Part shown: piece by piece, positions 16,390-26,589 of the stretch
Layout: each line of letters opens with the position of its first letter
How positions within the stretch are numbered: the first letter of the stretch is position 1
Source of the DNA: a virus
Lineage: Duplodnaviria > Caudoviricetes
Strand: one strand, 5' to 3'
Length of the DNA stretch: 44,990 bases
IMG/VR virus record: IMGVR_UViG_3300025571_000006
Span: 1-44,990 of that record
Notes under the pieces: generated by a model
Databases searched by the model: none
Seen by the model: only the letters and a program-made list of their open reading frames with translations
What the model was told of the DNA's origin: nothing
Position numbers and translations under genes: made by a program

Positions 16390-16998
16390 ATGTTGACGAC
16401 GCCGACAACCCCGGTTGACGCCCCGCGTGCCGTCATGTGGACGGTCCGCCAGGTGGCGGATCGGGATGGGGTGTCCAAGCAGGCGGTTTCCAAGAAGGTC
16501 AAGGAACTCGTCGAGAAGCATGGCCTCTCGGTGGAGCGTGATGCGCAGGGCCGCGTCGTCGCACTCAACGTCGCGGAGTACGACCACCTTCGGGGGCGCT
16601 ACGGCGACCCGTCCAAGGCACAGGCGCCGCGACAAGCGGACGTGCCGCAGACGGCGCCCAGCGAGAGCTACGACGAGGCCCTCCGCCAGAAGACCTGGCA
16701 CGAGGCTGAGCGCCGCCGCCTTGAAGTCGAGGAGCTGAAAGGCAAGCTCGTCCGCGTGGACGAGGTGGAGCATGCGGTCGCCGAGAGCGGCGCTGCCATT
16801 GCCCGCATCATTGACCGTCTGCCGGCGGCCGCCGACGACCTCGCCGCAGCTGTCGCGCGCGAGGGGACGCACGGGCTCCGCGTGGCTCTGAAGGGCCTCG
16901 CGAACGGCATGCGCGAGAGCATCGCGAACGAGCTCGACAAGCTGGTGGTGTCCCGGCGGCGCGAAGACGAGACTGAAGCCGAACCGGTCGAGCCATGA
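16390..16998 (+). CDS. Terminase small subunit (Nu1-like)
   Basis: N-terminal HTH (VRQVADRDGVSKQAVSK), coiled coil and GKLV; coupled to large subunit. Confidence 0.8.
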   Translation: MLTTPTTPVDAPRAVMWTVRQVADRDGVSKQAVSKKVKELVEKHGLSVERDAQGRVVALNVAEYDHLRGRYGDPSKAQAPRQADVPQTAPSESYDEALRQKTWHEAERRRLEVEELKGKLVRVDEVEHAVAESGAAIARIIDRLPAAADDLAAAVAREGTHGLRVALKGLANGMRESIANELDKLVVSRRREDETEAEPVEP

Positions 16999-19043
16999 CA
17001 GGACATCCCGATGCTGCGGTGATCGTCGCAGGTGGGTTTTCTCGCGCGATCCGGCCTCCGAAGCCGGTGCCTCTGTCGAAGTGGATGGCCGAGAACATCG
17101 TGCTGGTCGACGGTCCGCACGCCGGTGAGCTGTGGAGCCTGGCGAACGCGCCCTACCTTCAGGAGATCGCTGACTGTCTGTGTGACGATCATCCCTGCAA
17201 CCTGGTTACTGTCCGCAAGTCGCAGCAGACGGGTGCGTCGATCCTCGCCCTCGGCTGGTGTCTGTACATCGCCGACCGCGAGCCGGCCAACACTCTATAT
17301 GTCGCTCCGGGCATCGATATGCTGCGCGACCTCAACTCGGCAAAGCTGCAGCCGCTCATTCGCGCCTGGCACAAGCACATCAAGCGCACCGTGATCGCGG
17401 AGCAGACCTCGCGCTCCGGTGCGGGATCGACGACCTACGAGAAGGTATTCCCCGGCGGCCGCTTGTGGCTCGGCAATGCCAACTCCGTCATGGATCTGTC
17501 GTCCAAGACCGCGAAGAAGGGCATCAAGGACGAGCTGTCCAAATGGCAGGACATCCCCGGCTTCGGTGACCCGGAGACGCTGTTCGAGGGGCGGTTCACG
17601 GCGTTTCGGCGCCTCAAGAGCTACAAGATCCTCGAGATCTCGACTCCGGAAATCGACACCGGAGACGAGCTCGGCGAGGCTGCGGGGCACTGCCGCATCG
17701 ACCGCTCGTTCAAGCGGTCTGACCAGCGTTTCTACTTTTTGCCGTGCCCGGAGTGCGGAGCGTTCTTCACGCACAATCCGGACCGCTTCCAGGTGGATGA
17801 GGCGCGTCCGCATCGCTCGGTCTACCTGTGCGACCACTGCGGTCATGGGATCACCGAAACCGAGCGCGTGGCGGCGCTCAAGTCCGGCCTGTGCCATTGG
17901 CGGCCGACGGCCCCGGGGCCGGACCGGCACCCCGGCTTTCACATCGATGCCTTCATCTCGCTGATGATGAGCTACGAGGCGATTGCCGAGGACAAGATCA
18001 AGGCCGAGAAGCGCGGCGAGAAGGGGCGCAAAGACTTCACGAACCTGACCCTCGGCAGGCCGTTCCGCTTCCGGGGGGACGCGCCCGACTACGAGAAGCT
18101 CATGGCCCGCCGCGACCCAGAGGTGCGGCGCGGTCGCGTGCCTGCCGGTGGGCTGCTGCTCGTCGCGGCAGCCGACGTGCAGATGCGCGGCATCTGGCTA
18201 GAGATCATCGCCGTCGGCGCGGACCGGCAGACGTGGACCGTCGATGTCGACTATCTCGACGGCGACACGTCACACCCGATGGGCGAGGCGTTCCAGAGAC
18301 TGCGCGCGGCGACGATCGACCGGACCTTCCGGGATGCGTGGGATCGGCCGAGGCGCCTCGATGCGCTTGCTGTCGACGCCGGCTATCGCTCGCACGTGGT
18401 CTATGCCTGGGTGCGCAACAACCAGCGCCTGCATCCGGACACCGGCCGCGATCTCATCCTCGCGGTCGATGGCCGCGATGGCTGGGGGCACCCGGCCATC
18501 GGCACACCGAAGCTCGTGGACATCGACCTCGATGGGCACAGGGTCAAGCAGGGCGCCAAGCTATGGCCGGTGGGGACGTGGCCCCTAAAGGGCTCGTTCT
18601 ACGCTGACCTGCAGCTACAAGGCGTCATGTCGGGCCAGCCGGCCAACCCGCCGGGCTACTGCCACTTCGGAGCGTGGCTGGACGAGGCGTATTTCAAACA
18701 GCTGACGGACGAGCGACTGGAGGACGTGATCGTGCGCGGCCGGGTTGCCGGCCGGCGGTGGGTCGACACGGGCAACAACCACCTGCTCGACTGCCGCGTC
18801 TACAACATGGCGCTGGCCGAATATCTCGGCCTATCCACCATGACGCCGCAGGACTGGGCGGCCCTGGCACGGGCTCGCGGTCTTCCCGACGAACTCTCCA
18901 AATTCGACCTCTTCACACCGCGGTCGGCCTCGGCTGAGCCCGCGGAGGTGGTGCAGCCTCCTGAAACCGCCACGCCGGGTGTGCCCTCCGAGCCCGAGGG
19001 GGACGGCTGGATCAAGCCTAACAAGGACTGGATGAAACGCTGA
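16995..19043 (+). CDS. Terminase large subunit, lambda GpA family
   Basis: PY..EI.D, KSQQTGAS, DELSKW, ISTP, CPEC/CDHC, ADVQ, VDAGY, NHLLDC.VY. Confidence 0.95.
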   Translation: MTGHPDAAVIVAGGFSRAIRPPKPVPLSKWMAENIVLVDGPHAGELWSLANAPYLQEIADCLCDDHPCNLVTVRKSQQTGASILALGWCLYIADREPANTLYVAPGIDMLRDLNSAKLQPLIRAWHKHIKRTVIAEQTSRSGAGSTTYEKVFPGGRLWLGNANSVMDLSSKTAKKGIKDELSKWQDIPGFGDPETLFEGRFTAFRRLKSYKILEISTPEIDTGDELGEAAGHCRIDRSFKRSDQRFYFLPCPECGAFFTHNPDRFQVDEARPHRSVYLCDHCGHGITETERVAALKSGLCHWRPTAPGPDRHPGFHIDAFISLMMSYEAIAEDKIKAEKRGEKGRKDFTNLTLGRPFRFRGDAPDYEKLMARRDPEVRRGRVPAGGLLLVAAADVQMRGIWLEIIAVGADRQTWTVDVDYLDGDTSHPMGEAFQRLRAATIDRTFRDAWDRPRRLDALAVDAGYRSHVVYAWVRNNQRLHPDTGRDLILAVDGRDGWGHPAIGTPKLVDIDLDGHRVKQGAKLWPVGTWPLKGSFYADLQLQGVMSGQPANPPGYCHFGAWLDEAYFKQLTDERLEDVIVRGRVAGRRWVDTGNNHLLDCRVYNMALAEYLGLSTMTPQDWAALARARGLPDELSKFDLFTPRSASAEPAEVVQPPETATPGVPSEPEGDGWIKPNKDWMKR

Positions 19044-19240
19044 TGGCCTGGACTGAAGCGGATTGCAATGCCCTGCGCGAGGCCATTGTCCTCGGCGCGT
19101 CGAAAGTCCGGTACGCCGACGGCCGAGAGGTCACCTACCGGTCGCTCGAAGAGATGCGCTCGATCCTCCGGCAGATCGAGGACGAGCTTGCCGGACGCCG
19201 CGACGAGCGGACCTCCGTCGTCGCTCATCTGAGGTGGTAG
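19043..19240 (+). CDS. Head-tail adaptor, gpW-like
   Basis: L.EAI..GA.KV.Y.DGREVTYRSLEEM; between terminase and portal. Confidence 0.85.
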   Translation: MAWTEADCNALREAIVLGASKVRYADGREVTYRSLEEMRSILRQIEDELAGRRDERTSVVAHLRW

Positions 19241-19243
19241 GCT

Positions 19244-20767
19244 GTGAACATCATCGACCGGACCATCTCATTCTTCGCGCCTGAGGCAGGATTGCGCCGG
19301 GAGTTTGCGCGCAAGGTGCTCAGCGAGGTGCGCGTCTATGACGGCGCGCACATGGGCAGGCGCACCGAGAACTGGCGCGCTACGAACGCGTCGGCGAATG
19401 CGGCCATCAAGGGCAGCCTGCCGCGTCTGCGCGCGCGTTCGCGCGACGTGATGCGCAACACGTGGTGGGGACCGCGGATCCGCGAGGTGGTCGACAGCTA
19501 TGCCGTCGGCTACGGGATCGTGCCGCGGTTCAAGACGGGGAACGCGTCTCTTGACCAGCGGGCGGCCAGGCTCTGGCGGGAATGGGGCAAGAGCTGCGAT
19601 TTCGAGCAGCAGCTCGACATCAACGGCCTCATCTCCCTCGCGGTCGGGACCATCGTCGAGGCTGGCGAGGTTCTCATCCGCAAGGTGCCGGTGAGCCCTG
19701 CCGCAGGGCGCAAGGTGCCTCTCGAAATCCAGCTGCTCGAGCCAGATCACCTCGACGGCGCCCGCGATCAGCTGCGCGTGACGACTGATGGCATCATCGA
19801 TCAGGGCATCGAATACCAGCGGGACGGTAAGCGCGTGGCCTACTGGCTGCTGCCCGAGCATCCAGGTGCCGCCGGCGGTCTGCATCGGCCGTCCGTGCGG
19901 GTGCCAGCCAGGGATATCCTGCACGTCTACCGCAAACTGAGGATCGGGCAGGGGCGCGGCGTGCCGTGGGTGGCACCCGTGCTGCTCAAAGGGCGCGATG
20001 TCGCCGATCTCGAGGAGGCAATCACCGTCAAGGCGCGCGTCGAGGCTTGCCTGTCGGTCTTCGTCAAGACGACCGATCCCGTGCGATCCATTGGTTCCTC
20101 GGTCCGTCACGAACCGGGCGGTCGCGGCGGGTCGCGACGGATTGAAACGCTCTCGCCGGGAACGGTGAACTATCTCGACCAGGGCGAGGAGATCGGCGTC
20201 GTGTCTCCCTCGTCGTCGCTGGCCTTCGATTCCGTGCTCATCAACACCTGGATGACGCTTGCCGCCGGGGCGGGCCTCACCTACGACCAGATGACCGGCG
20301 ACCTCCGGCAGGCAAACTATTCGTCGCTCAAGGCGGGGGACCGGGGCTTCAAGCGGTTCATCGAGAAGTTCCAGCACCTGACACTGGTTCCCATGCTTCT
20401 CGATCCTCTCGCCGAGGCCTTTGCCGAGGCGGCCATGGACGCGGGGGCGCTGCCCCGTCGGGTCGGAGGTTATCCCGTCGAGTGGATCATGCCCGGCTGG
20501 GAGCCGATCGACCCGCTCAAGGACATGCAGGCGGACATTCTCGCTGTCCGCTCGGGGAGGATGACGTGGCCTCAGTTCGTGGCCGCGTGGGGGTTCGATC
20601 CGGACCAGCAGCTCGACGAGGTCGCTTCCTGGCAGCGGTCTCTGGACGAGAAAAAGGTCGTGCTCGACACCGACCCACGACGAGGCGCGCACGGCGTCAA
20701 GGGGGCCCCGTCCAGTGATGACCCATCTGCGAAGGATGAAGCCGATGCGGCAGAGCAATCTGGTTGA
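19244..20767 (+). CDS. Portal protein, lambda family
   Basis: LRARSRD..RN, QLLEPDHL, R.GQ.RGVPW, Y.QMTGD...NYSS, IDPLKD. Confidence 0.95.
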   Translation: MNIIDRTISFFAPEAGLRREFARKVLSEVRVYDGAHMGRRTENWRATNASANAAIKGSLPRLRARSRDVMRNTWWGPRIREVVDSYAVGYGIVPRFKTGNASLDQRAARLWREWGKSCDFEQQLDINGLISLAVGTIVEAGEVLIRKVPVSPAAGRKVPLEIQLLEPDHLDGARDQLRVTTDGIIDQGIEYQRDGKRVAYWLLPEHPGAAGGLHRPSVRVPARDILHVYRKLRIGQGRGVPWVAPVLLKGRDVADLEEAITVKARVEACLSVFVKTTDPVRSIGSSVRHEPGGRGGSRRIETLSPGTVNYLDQGEEIGVVSPSSSLAFDSVLINTWMTLAAGAGLTYDQMTGDLRQANYSSLKAGDRGFKRFIEKFQHLTLVPMLLDPLAEAFAEAAMDAGALPRRVGGYPVEWIMPGWEPIDPLKDMQADILAVRSGRMTWPQFVAAWGFDPDQQLDEVASWQRSLDEKKVVLDTDPRRGAHGVKGAPSSDDPSAKDEADAAEQSG

Positions 20768-22778
20768 GATGCCGGCCACCCTGCCGATGCAGGTCCGGGT
20801 CGCGCCGGTGTCCTCGGCAGACGCCGAGGCGCGCACCGTAGAAGTCGTGTTCACCACGGGCGCGGCCGTCCGGCGCAGGCGGTGGACAGGCTGGGATACC
20901 TCGGTGCCGTTCGATGAAATTCTTGTCGTCAGCCGCGATGCGGTGGACCTGTCCCGGCTGAACGCGGGCGGTCCTGCGCTCGACAGCCATTCGATGTGGA
21001 GCACCTTCGCGCAGGTCGGCGTGGTCGATCGCGCCTGGATTGAGGGTGGGCAAGGGCGCGCCACCATCCGCTTCCCGTCGAAGGGCGTCGATGAGCGCGC
21101 AGACCGGATGTTCGCGATGGTCTCCGAAGGGATCATCCGCAACGTGTCGGTCGGTTACTCGGTGGACAAGGTCCGCGTCGTCCCGCCCGAGCAGGTCGGC
21201 GATGTCGAGAAGCGCATCGTGGAGCGCTGGACGCCCCACGAAATCTCTTTCGTCACAGTGCCGGCGGACGCCGGGGCGCAGGTTCGGTCCCAGAGTACCG
21301 CCGCTTTTCCCGTCGAATTCATCACCCGGGCCGAGCCCGTCATTCAGGAGGAGCCTGCGATGCCTGAGCGCGTCGATTCCACGGCGGGCAGCGAGCCCGC
21401 TCCCATCGCTGAGCGTACCGCGCCGTCGCCGGTGGCGAAGGAGGATGCGGAGAAGCGTGCCGCTGCTGCGATCGAGGCTGAGCGCAAGCGCAGCGCGGAG
21501 ATCACGGCTCTTGCGCAGCGCCACGACATGCCGGCGGATTTTGCGAGCCGGCACATCGCCGAGGGCACGCCGCTCGACCGGGTTCGCGAGCTGGTGCTCG
21601 AGGAGGTCGCCCAGCGCGCCGAGAAGACGCGGATTTCGCCGCGCACGCAGGTCGTCACCGACGAGGGCGATACCCTGCGCCGCGCCATCGAGGCGGCCGT
21701 GGCGCTGCGTGCGAACCCCCAAGCGATCGTGACCAACGACGAAGCGTCGCGAACGCTGGTCGCGGCCGCGCGCGAATGGCGCGGTATGTCGCTGCTCGAG
21801 ATCGGGCGCGCTTTCGTTGAGGATACGCATGGTGTCCGCCTGCGCGGTCTCTCGAAGCGTGAGCTCGCTGGAGTCCTGCTTGGGCTGACGCGAGCCGCAG
21901 GCATGATGTCGACCTCCGACTTCCCGAACCTGCTCGCGAACGTCGCGTCAAAGCGGCTGCGCGACGCCTACCGTGCGGCGCCGCAAACGTGGCGGCCTCT
22001 CTGCAGGCAGTCCAATGCGCCCGACTTCAAGGAGCGGGCCATCGTCCAGCTCGCCGGCATGCCGGAGTTCCAGAGGGTCCGCGAGGGCGGCGAGTACACC
22101 TACGCCTCCCTGTCGGAGTCGGTGGAGCGGTACTCGATCGCGACCTATGGCCGGATCATCGCGATCACGCGCCAGACGCTCATCAATGACGATCTCGGTG
22201 CGTTCGACCGTCTGCCGAGCCTGTTCGGTCGCGCTGCCGCGGAGCTCGAGAATGACCTCGTGTGGGACATTCTCATGAGCAATCCGCAGATGAGCGACGG
22301 AAAGGCCCTCTTCCACACGGACCACAACAACCTCGCCTCCTCGGGCGGCGCGCCATCTGAGGCCACGGTGGAGGCTGCCGAGATCGCGATCGGCGAGCAG
22401 AGGGATGCTGCCGGCAAACCGATGAACCTGCGGCCCCGGTTCCTGATCGTGCCGCCGAAGTACAAGGTGGCGGCGCAGAAGCTGCTCGCGTCAGTGACGG
22501 CGACCAAGACTGGCGACGTCAACGTCTACCAGAATGCGATGGACCTCATCATCGAGCAGCGCCTGAAGCCCGCCAGCGGCACCGTGCCGTGGTTCATGGC
22601 GGTCGACCCTGCACAGTGGGATACGATCGAATACGCCTATCTCGAGGGCGAGGAGGGGCTCTACACCGAGGAGCGCATGGGCTTCGAGGTGGATGGCATC
22701 GAAATCAAGGGCCGCCTCGACTTCGGTGCGAAAGCCATCGACTACCGCGGCTTCTACAAGAACCCGGGCGTTTCCTGA
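20745..22778 (+). CDS. Prohead protease / major capsid fusion protein
   Basis: DLSRLN.G.P.LDSH, SVGY, W.PHEISFV.VPAD; then STSDFP.LL, YGR...TRQ.LINDDLG, LDFGAKAIDYRG. Confidence 0.93.
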   Translation: MRQSNLVEMPATLPMQVRVAPVSSADAEARTVEVVFTTGAAVRRRRWTGWDTSVPFDEILVVSRDAVDLSRLNAGGPALDSHSMWSTFAQVGVVDRAWIEGGQGRATIRFPSKGVDERADRMFAMVSEGIIRNVSVGYSVDKVRVVPPEQVGDVEKRIVERWTPHEISFVTVPADAGAQVRSQSTAAFPVEFITRAEPVIQEEPAMPERVDSTAGSEPAPIAERTAPSPVAKEDAEKRAAAAIEAERKRSAEITALAQRHDMPADFASRHIAEGTPLDRVRELVLEEVAQRAEKTRISPRTQVVTDEGDTLRRAIEAAVALRANPQAIVTNDEASRTLVAAAREWRGMSLLEIGRAFVEDTHGVRLRGLSKRELAGVLLGLTRAAGMMSTSDFPNLLANVASKRLRDAYRAAPQTWRPLCRQSNAPDFKERAIVQLAGMPEFQRVREGGEYTYASLSESVERYSIATYGRIIAITRQTLINDDLGAFDRLPSLFGRAAAELENDLVWDILMSNPQMSDGKALFHTDHNNLASSGGAPSEATVEAAEIAIGEQRDAAGKPMNLRPRFLIVPPKYKVAAQKLLASVTATKTGDVNVYQNAMDLIIEQRLKPASGTVPWFMAVDPAQWDTIEYAYLEGEEGLYTEERMGFEVDGIEIKGRLDFGAKAIDYRGFYKNPGVS

Positions 22779-22813
22779 TCGCGGATCTGGACACGCCCCG
22801 CTGCTGAGACATC

Positions 22814-22848
22814 CGACGAAAGGCCACCTCCGGGTGGCCTTCGTCGTT
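22814..22848 (+). terminator. Hairpin after capsid gene
   Basis: CGACGAAAGGCCACC-TCCG-GGTGGCCTTCGTCG; weak U tract. Confidence 0.6.
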
Positions 22849-22861
22849 ATGGAGAACGGCC

Positions 22862-23197
22862 ATGAAGAACTTCGTCCAAGTCGGCGATACGCTGACGTTC
22901 ACCGCGCCCGCCGGCGGCGTCGTGTCTGGCGGCGCCTATCTCATCGGTGCCCTGCTCGTCGTCGCCGTTGCGTCCGCCGACGCCGGCGAGCCCTTCGAGG
23001 GCAAGGTCTCCGGTGTGTTCACGCTGCCCAAGGCTACGGGATCCGCCTGGACCGAAGGTGCTAAGCTCTACTGGAACGACACCAGCGGGTACGTGACCGT
23101 CACGGCGACGGACAACACGTTCATCGGGTACGCAGCCGCGGCGGCAGCTAGCGCCGCGACCGTCGGCAACGTGCTGCTGCGCCAGGCGGGCGTCTAG
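22862..23197 (+). CDS. DUF2190 capsid cement/decoration protein
   Basis: MKNFVQ.G..LTFTAP.GGV.SG, GVFTLPKA, G.KLYW. Confidence 0.88.
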   Translation: MKNFVQVGDTLTFTAPAGGVVSGGAYLIGALLVVAVASADAGEPFEGKVSGVFTLPKATGSAWTEGAKLYWNDTSGYVTVTATDNTFIGYAAAAAASAATVGNVLLRQAGV

Positions 23198-23201
23198 CGC
23201 C

Positions 23202-23603
23202 ATGGCCTCGCTCTATGCGCGGCTCGACGCTGCAGCAGAGCGGGTGCAGCAGCGCGTTTTCGGCGAGCGGTGGCGCCTCATGCCGATGCGGCGCGCCGGC
23301 GTCAACAGCGCGCCCGGGCCTGACCCGGAGCGGCCGGAGCGAGAGGTGGTGGGCATCTTTCGCGATGCCCTGACCACGCTCTCTGTGCCCGATGCCTACG
23401 ACCAGCGCACCGACAAGCGGCCCGGCATTGTGACAGGCGACCCCATTGTCGAGATCGACCCGCGCAACCAGGCGGGGCCGGCACTCGACGTGCGCGAGGG
23501 CGATGTGCTCGTGCGCCTCTCCGATGGTGTCACGTGGCGCATCGCCAATGCGCCTCCTGATGCCATGGGGCGGATACACTGCCGCGTCCTGCGGACCACG
23601 TGA
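23202..23603 (+). CDS. Head-tail joining protein (gpFII-like)
   Basis: Position; FGE, REGD.L...GVTW.I...PD.MG pattern. Confidence 0.65.
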   Translation: MASLYARLDAAAERVQQRVFGERWRLMPMRRAGVNSAPGPDPERPEREVVGIFRDALTTLSVPDAYDQRTDKRPGIVTGDPIVEIDPRNQAGPALDVREGDVLVRLSDGVTWRIANAPPDAMGRIHCRVLRTT

Positions 23604-23621
23604 ACGCGGCGAGGGGGACCA

Positions 23622-24398
23622 ATGAGCCTTCATCGTCTCGCCCTGCGGCTCGCCGCCGTGGAGGCGCTTTGCCCCGCCGCCTACGAGGCGACCGGTCCCT
23701 ACCCGACGCTGGCGGGCTCCCTCGTCTACGACAGTCGGCAGGTGCCCATCGACCAGCTCGCGCCAGACAAGCCGCGCCCGGTGCTCCTCGTCTACACAGA
23801 GGAGGACAAGGGCACGCCGTGGGGGAGCGGTCGGCACAGGCCGGACGAGGTCCTGGTCACGCTTGTCGTCGAGGCACTGATCGCCGCTCGCGGTACGGTC
23901 CTCATCGACCTGCCGGACGGCAGTACAGACACGGTCGGGGTTGCTGACGTCGGCCCGACCGATCCGGAGCACGAGGCGCTGCTCGACGTGCTCGAGGCGC
24001 AGGTGCGATATATCCTGGACGCCCGACAGCCGGCCCCGTCGGCGGCACTTTATCGGCGCATCGCGATGGAAGTGCGGTCCGTCGAATCGGTGCCGCTGCG
24101 CGATGCGGAGAAGACGACGCGGCTCGCCTTCCGAACCATCTCGTTCTCGGTGCAGGTCAAAACCACGGAATGGCCGGCACCGGGGCAGCCTGCCGGATTG
24201 CCCGAGCCGCTGCGCACCGTTGCCGAGGCGCTGCCCGAGGGCAGCTATGGCCGCAGGATCTGCGACCGCGTCGCCGGACTGGTGCCGACGCCGCCCGGCC
24301 TCCTGCCGCTCGAGGCCGTCGACATCTTCGCGGGCATCGGCCGCATGCCGACCGCGGAGGATTATGACCTTCGCGCCCGTGTGCCTGGCGCAACGTGA
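23622..24398 (+). CDS. Putative tail terminator/neck protein
   Basis: Position before sheath; VYDSR...P.LLVYTEED motif. Confidence 0.55.
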   Translation: MSLHRLALRLAAVEALCPAAYEATGPYPTLAGSLVYDSRQVPIDQLAPDKPRPVLLVYTEEDKGTPWGSGRHRPDEVLVTLVVEALIAARGTVLIDLPDGSTDTVGVADVGPTDPEHEALLDVLEAQVRYILDARQPAPSAALYRRIAMEVRSVESVPLRDAEKTTRLAFRTISFSVQVKTTEWPAPGQPAGLPEPLRTVAEALPEGSYGRRICDRVAGLVPTPPGLLPLEAVDIFAGIGRMPTAEDYDLRARVPGAT

Positions 24399-24407
24399 GG
24401 ACGACCA

Positions 24408-24617
24408 ATGGCCCGCCGCATCTTTGCGCGTCTCGCCGACCCGGCGAGCAAGCTCCCCATGCCCGACCGCGACTTTCGCCTGTTCCCGGCGGAGGGGACG
24501 ACGGTCGATGCCGACGACCCCTTCTGGATGGCGTGCCTCGCCGACGGATCGATCGTCGAGGCGGGTCTGCCGGACGAGGGCGCCGAGAAGGCGCCAGCCT
24601 CCAAGACGAAACGCTGA
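24408..24617 (+). CDS. DUF2635 (Mu gp38-like) protein
   Basis: P.EG..V...PFW...LADG; just before sheath. Confidence 0.75.
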   Translation: MARRIFARLADPASKLPMPDRDFRLFPAEGTTVDADDPFWMACLADGSIVEAGLPDEGAEKAPASKTKR

Positions 24618-24634
24618 GGAGCTGAGGAACTGCC

Positions 24635-26143
24635 ATGAGCATCGGTTTCAACTTCATCCCCGGCTCGGGGCTGGTCGCGCCGCTCTTTGCCTTCGAGGTC
24701 AATAGCGCAGGCTGGTACGACAGCGTTTCGCGCCTCGTCCTCTTCGGCCACAAGACGAGCGGGGGCTCGCTCGCTGACAACACGCCGTCCGTCGTCACGT
24801 CGCTGTCGGAGGCGGACGCCCTGGCCGGGCCCGGCTCGATGCTTCGGGAGATGTACCGCATCGCCGCGGCCAACGCGCCGGCGCAGGAGATCTGGATCGT
24901 GCCCGTGCCCGAGACCGGTACAGCACCGACATGGACCCTGACCGTGGGCTCGCCGCCGGCCACCGGCGGCGTCGGCATCATCGACATCTGCGGTGAGAGG
25001 CTGTCGGTGACGATCGCGCCGGGCGATGCCGCGGCCGACGTGGCGGCCGCGCTCGCGGCAGCGATCAACGGCTACTACAATGACCTGACTGGCGCCATGC
25101 TGCCCGTGACGGCCTCGGCGGCCTCGGAGGTCGTGACCGTCACCTCGCGCCACAAGGGCGCGATCATGGCCGAGGTTGACATCTTCGTGCCGACGACGGT
25201 CTCGGGCAACTTTTTCGCCACGTCTGGCGCGCTCACAGTCGCGACGGGTACGGCCGCCGCTGGCACCCCGTCTCTTGCCGCGGCGCTGGCTGCCCTCGGA
25301 GACGAGCCCGCCGACATGATCGTCAGCCCGTGGTCGGATGCGACCTCTCTGGACGCCTACGGCACGGCACTGTCGGATGTGTCGGGCCGGTGGTCGTGGA
25401 TGCGACAGAGCTACGGCCACGTGATGTGCAGCAATACCGGCAACACCGCGTCGCAGTCGACGCTCGGCCTCGGGCGCAACGACCGGCACGTGACGATCAT
25501 CCCACGGCTTGCCGGCTCCCCGCAGCCGTCCTGGCTGTGGGCAGCCGGCTTTGCGGCGCGGGTGCTGCCCTGGCTGGCGGATATCGTCACCGGAAATGTC
25601 TCGCGCAACCAGACGGGTCTCGTCGTCGAGGGGCTTGCCCCTCCGCGCGACCGCAGCACCTGGTGGGGCTATTCGGCACGCAACACGCTCACCAAGTCCG
25701 GGATCTCGACTTGGAAGGTGACGGCGGATGGCAAGGTAGCGATCGACAAGCTGGTGACGACCTACCGCCTCGGCCCCAGTGGGCAGCCGGATTCCACCTT
25801 CCGTGACATCCAGGCGCTGTTCCAGGTGTCGGGCGGCCTGTCCTACATCCGGACGGTGCTCGCCAACGAGCAGGGACAGAAGGCGCTCGCCGACGATAAC
25901 CCCGGCAACCTCGCGGCGATCACGACGCCGAAGGACATCAAGGGGTCATTCGTGCACGCCTACGAGGCGCTGGTGCAGCGCGGTGTGTTCGAGAACGCGC
26001 CCGAGTTCGTCAGGCGGCTCGACGTGCGGCGCAATGCGGAGAATCCCAACAGGGTCGACGTGTTCGCGCCGCTCGATCGCGTGAACCCGCTCGATATCCT
26101 TGCTGCCAACGCGACCATCTATCAGCAGTACGTCCGCACCTGA
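24635..26143 (+). CDS. Tail sheath protein (Mu gpL-like)
   Basis: I.FN.IP..L.AP.F.FE.N, GPGSML, RWSW.RQ.YGH, RN.L...GIST, NRVDV..P. Confidence 0.93.
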   Translation: MSIGFNFIPGSGLVAPLFAFEVNSAGWYDSVSRLVLFGHKTSGGSLADNTPSVVTSLSEADALAGPGSMLREMYRIAAANAPAQEIWIVPVPETGTAPTWTLTVGSPPATGGVGIIDICGERLSVTIAPGDAAADVAAALAAAINGYYNDLTGAMLPVTASAASEVVTVTSRHKGAIMAEVDIFVPTTVSGNFFATSGALTVATGTAAAGTPSLAAALAALGDEPADMIVSPWSDATSLDAYGTALSDVSGRWSWMRQSYGHVMCSNTGNTASQSTLGLGRNDRHVTIIPRLAGSPQPSWLWAAGFAARVLPWLADIVTGNVSRNQTGLVVEGLAPPRDRSTWWGYSARNTLTKSGISTWKVTADGKVAIDKLVTTYRLGPSGQPDSTFRDIQALFQVSGGLSYIRTVLANEQGQKALADDNPGNLAAITTPKDIKGSFVHAYEALVQRGVFENAPEFVRRLDVRRNAENPNRVDVFAPLDRVNPLDILAANATIYQQYVRT

Positions 26144-26217
26144 CGGACGGTGCTGACCGGGCCGGGCCTTTGAGGCCGGCCAACTTTTTCCACCATCCGC
26201 AACGGGAGACCGGCGCC

Positions 26218-26586
26218 ATGGCCAGCTTCGGCGGCGAAATGCGTTTCACCTACAACGGCGCGCCCCTGGTGCTGCGCGCCGCCATCAAGACGACCCCATC
26301 CAACACGGAAGTTGAGGGCATAGTGAACCAGGACAACTCCGTGTCCGCCTCGCACAAGCCCTCCGGCTACGGCTTCGAGCCGACCTTCGAGGACGCGGCC
26401 GATGTCGACTGGGACGCCGTCATGCGCAACGGCCCCTACAACATCTCGTGCATCGAGGATCACACGGGCGTCGTGCACACCTGGACCGGAGCGATCTTCA
26501 CGGGCCGGCCGTCTGTCGACCGGGGCACCGGCGAGGTAACCGGCATTCAGGGCCTCGCTCGCGCCTATCGCAAGTCGCGAGGCTAA
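26218..26586 (+). CDS. Tail tube protein (Mu gpM-like)
   Basis: 122 aa directly after sheath; GGGAG RBS. Confidence 0.8.
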   Translation: MASFGGEMRFTYNGAPLVLRAAIKTTPSNTEVEGIVNQDNSVSASHKPSGYGFEPTFEDAADVDWDAVMRNGPYNISCIEDHTGVVHTWTGAIFTGRPSVDRGTGEVTGIQGLARAYRKSRG

Positions 26587-26589
26587 TCT

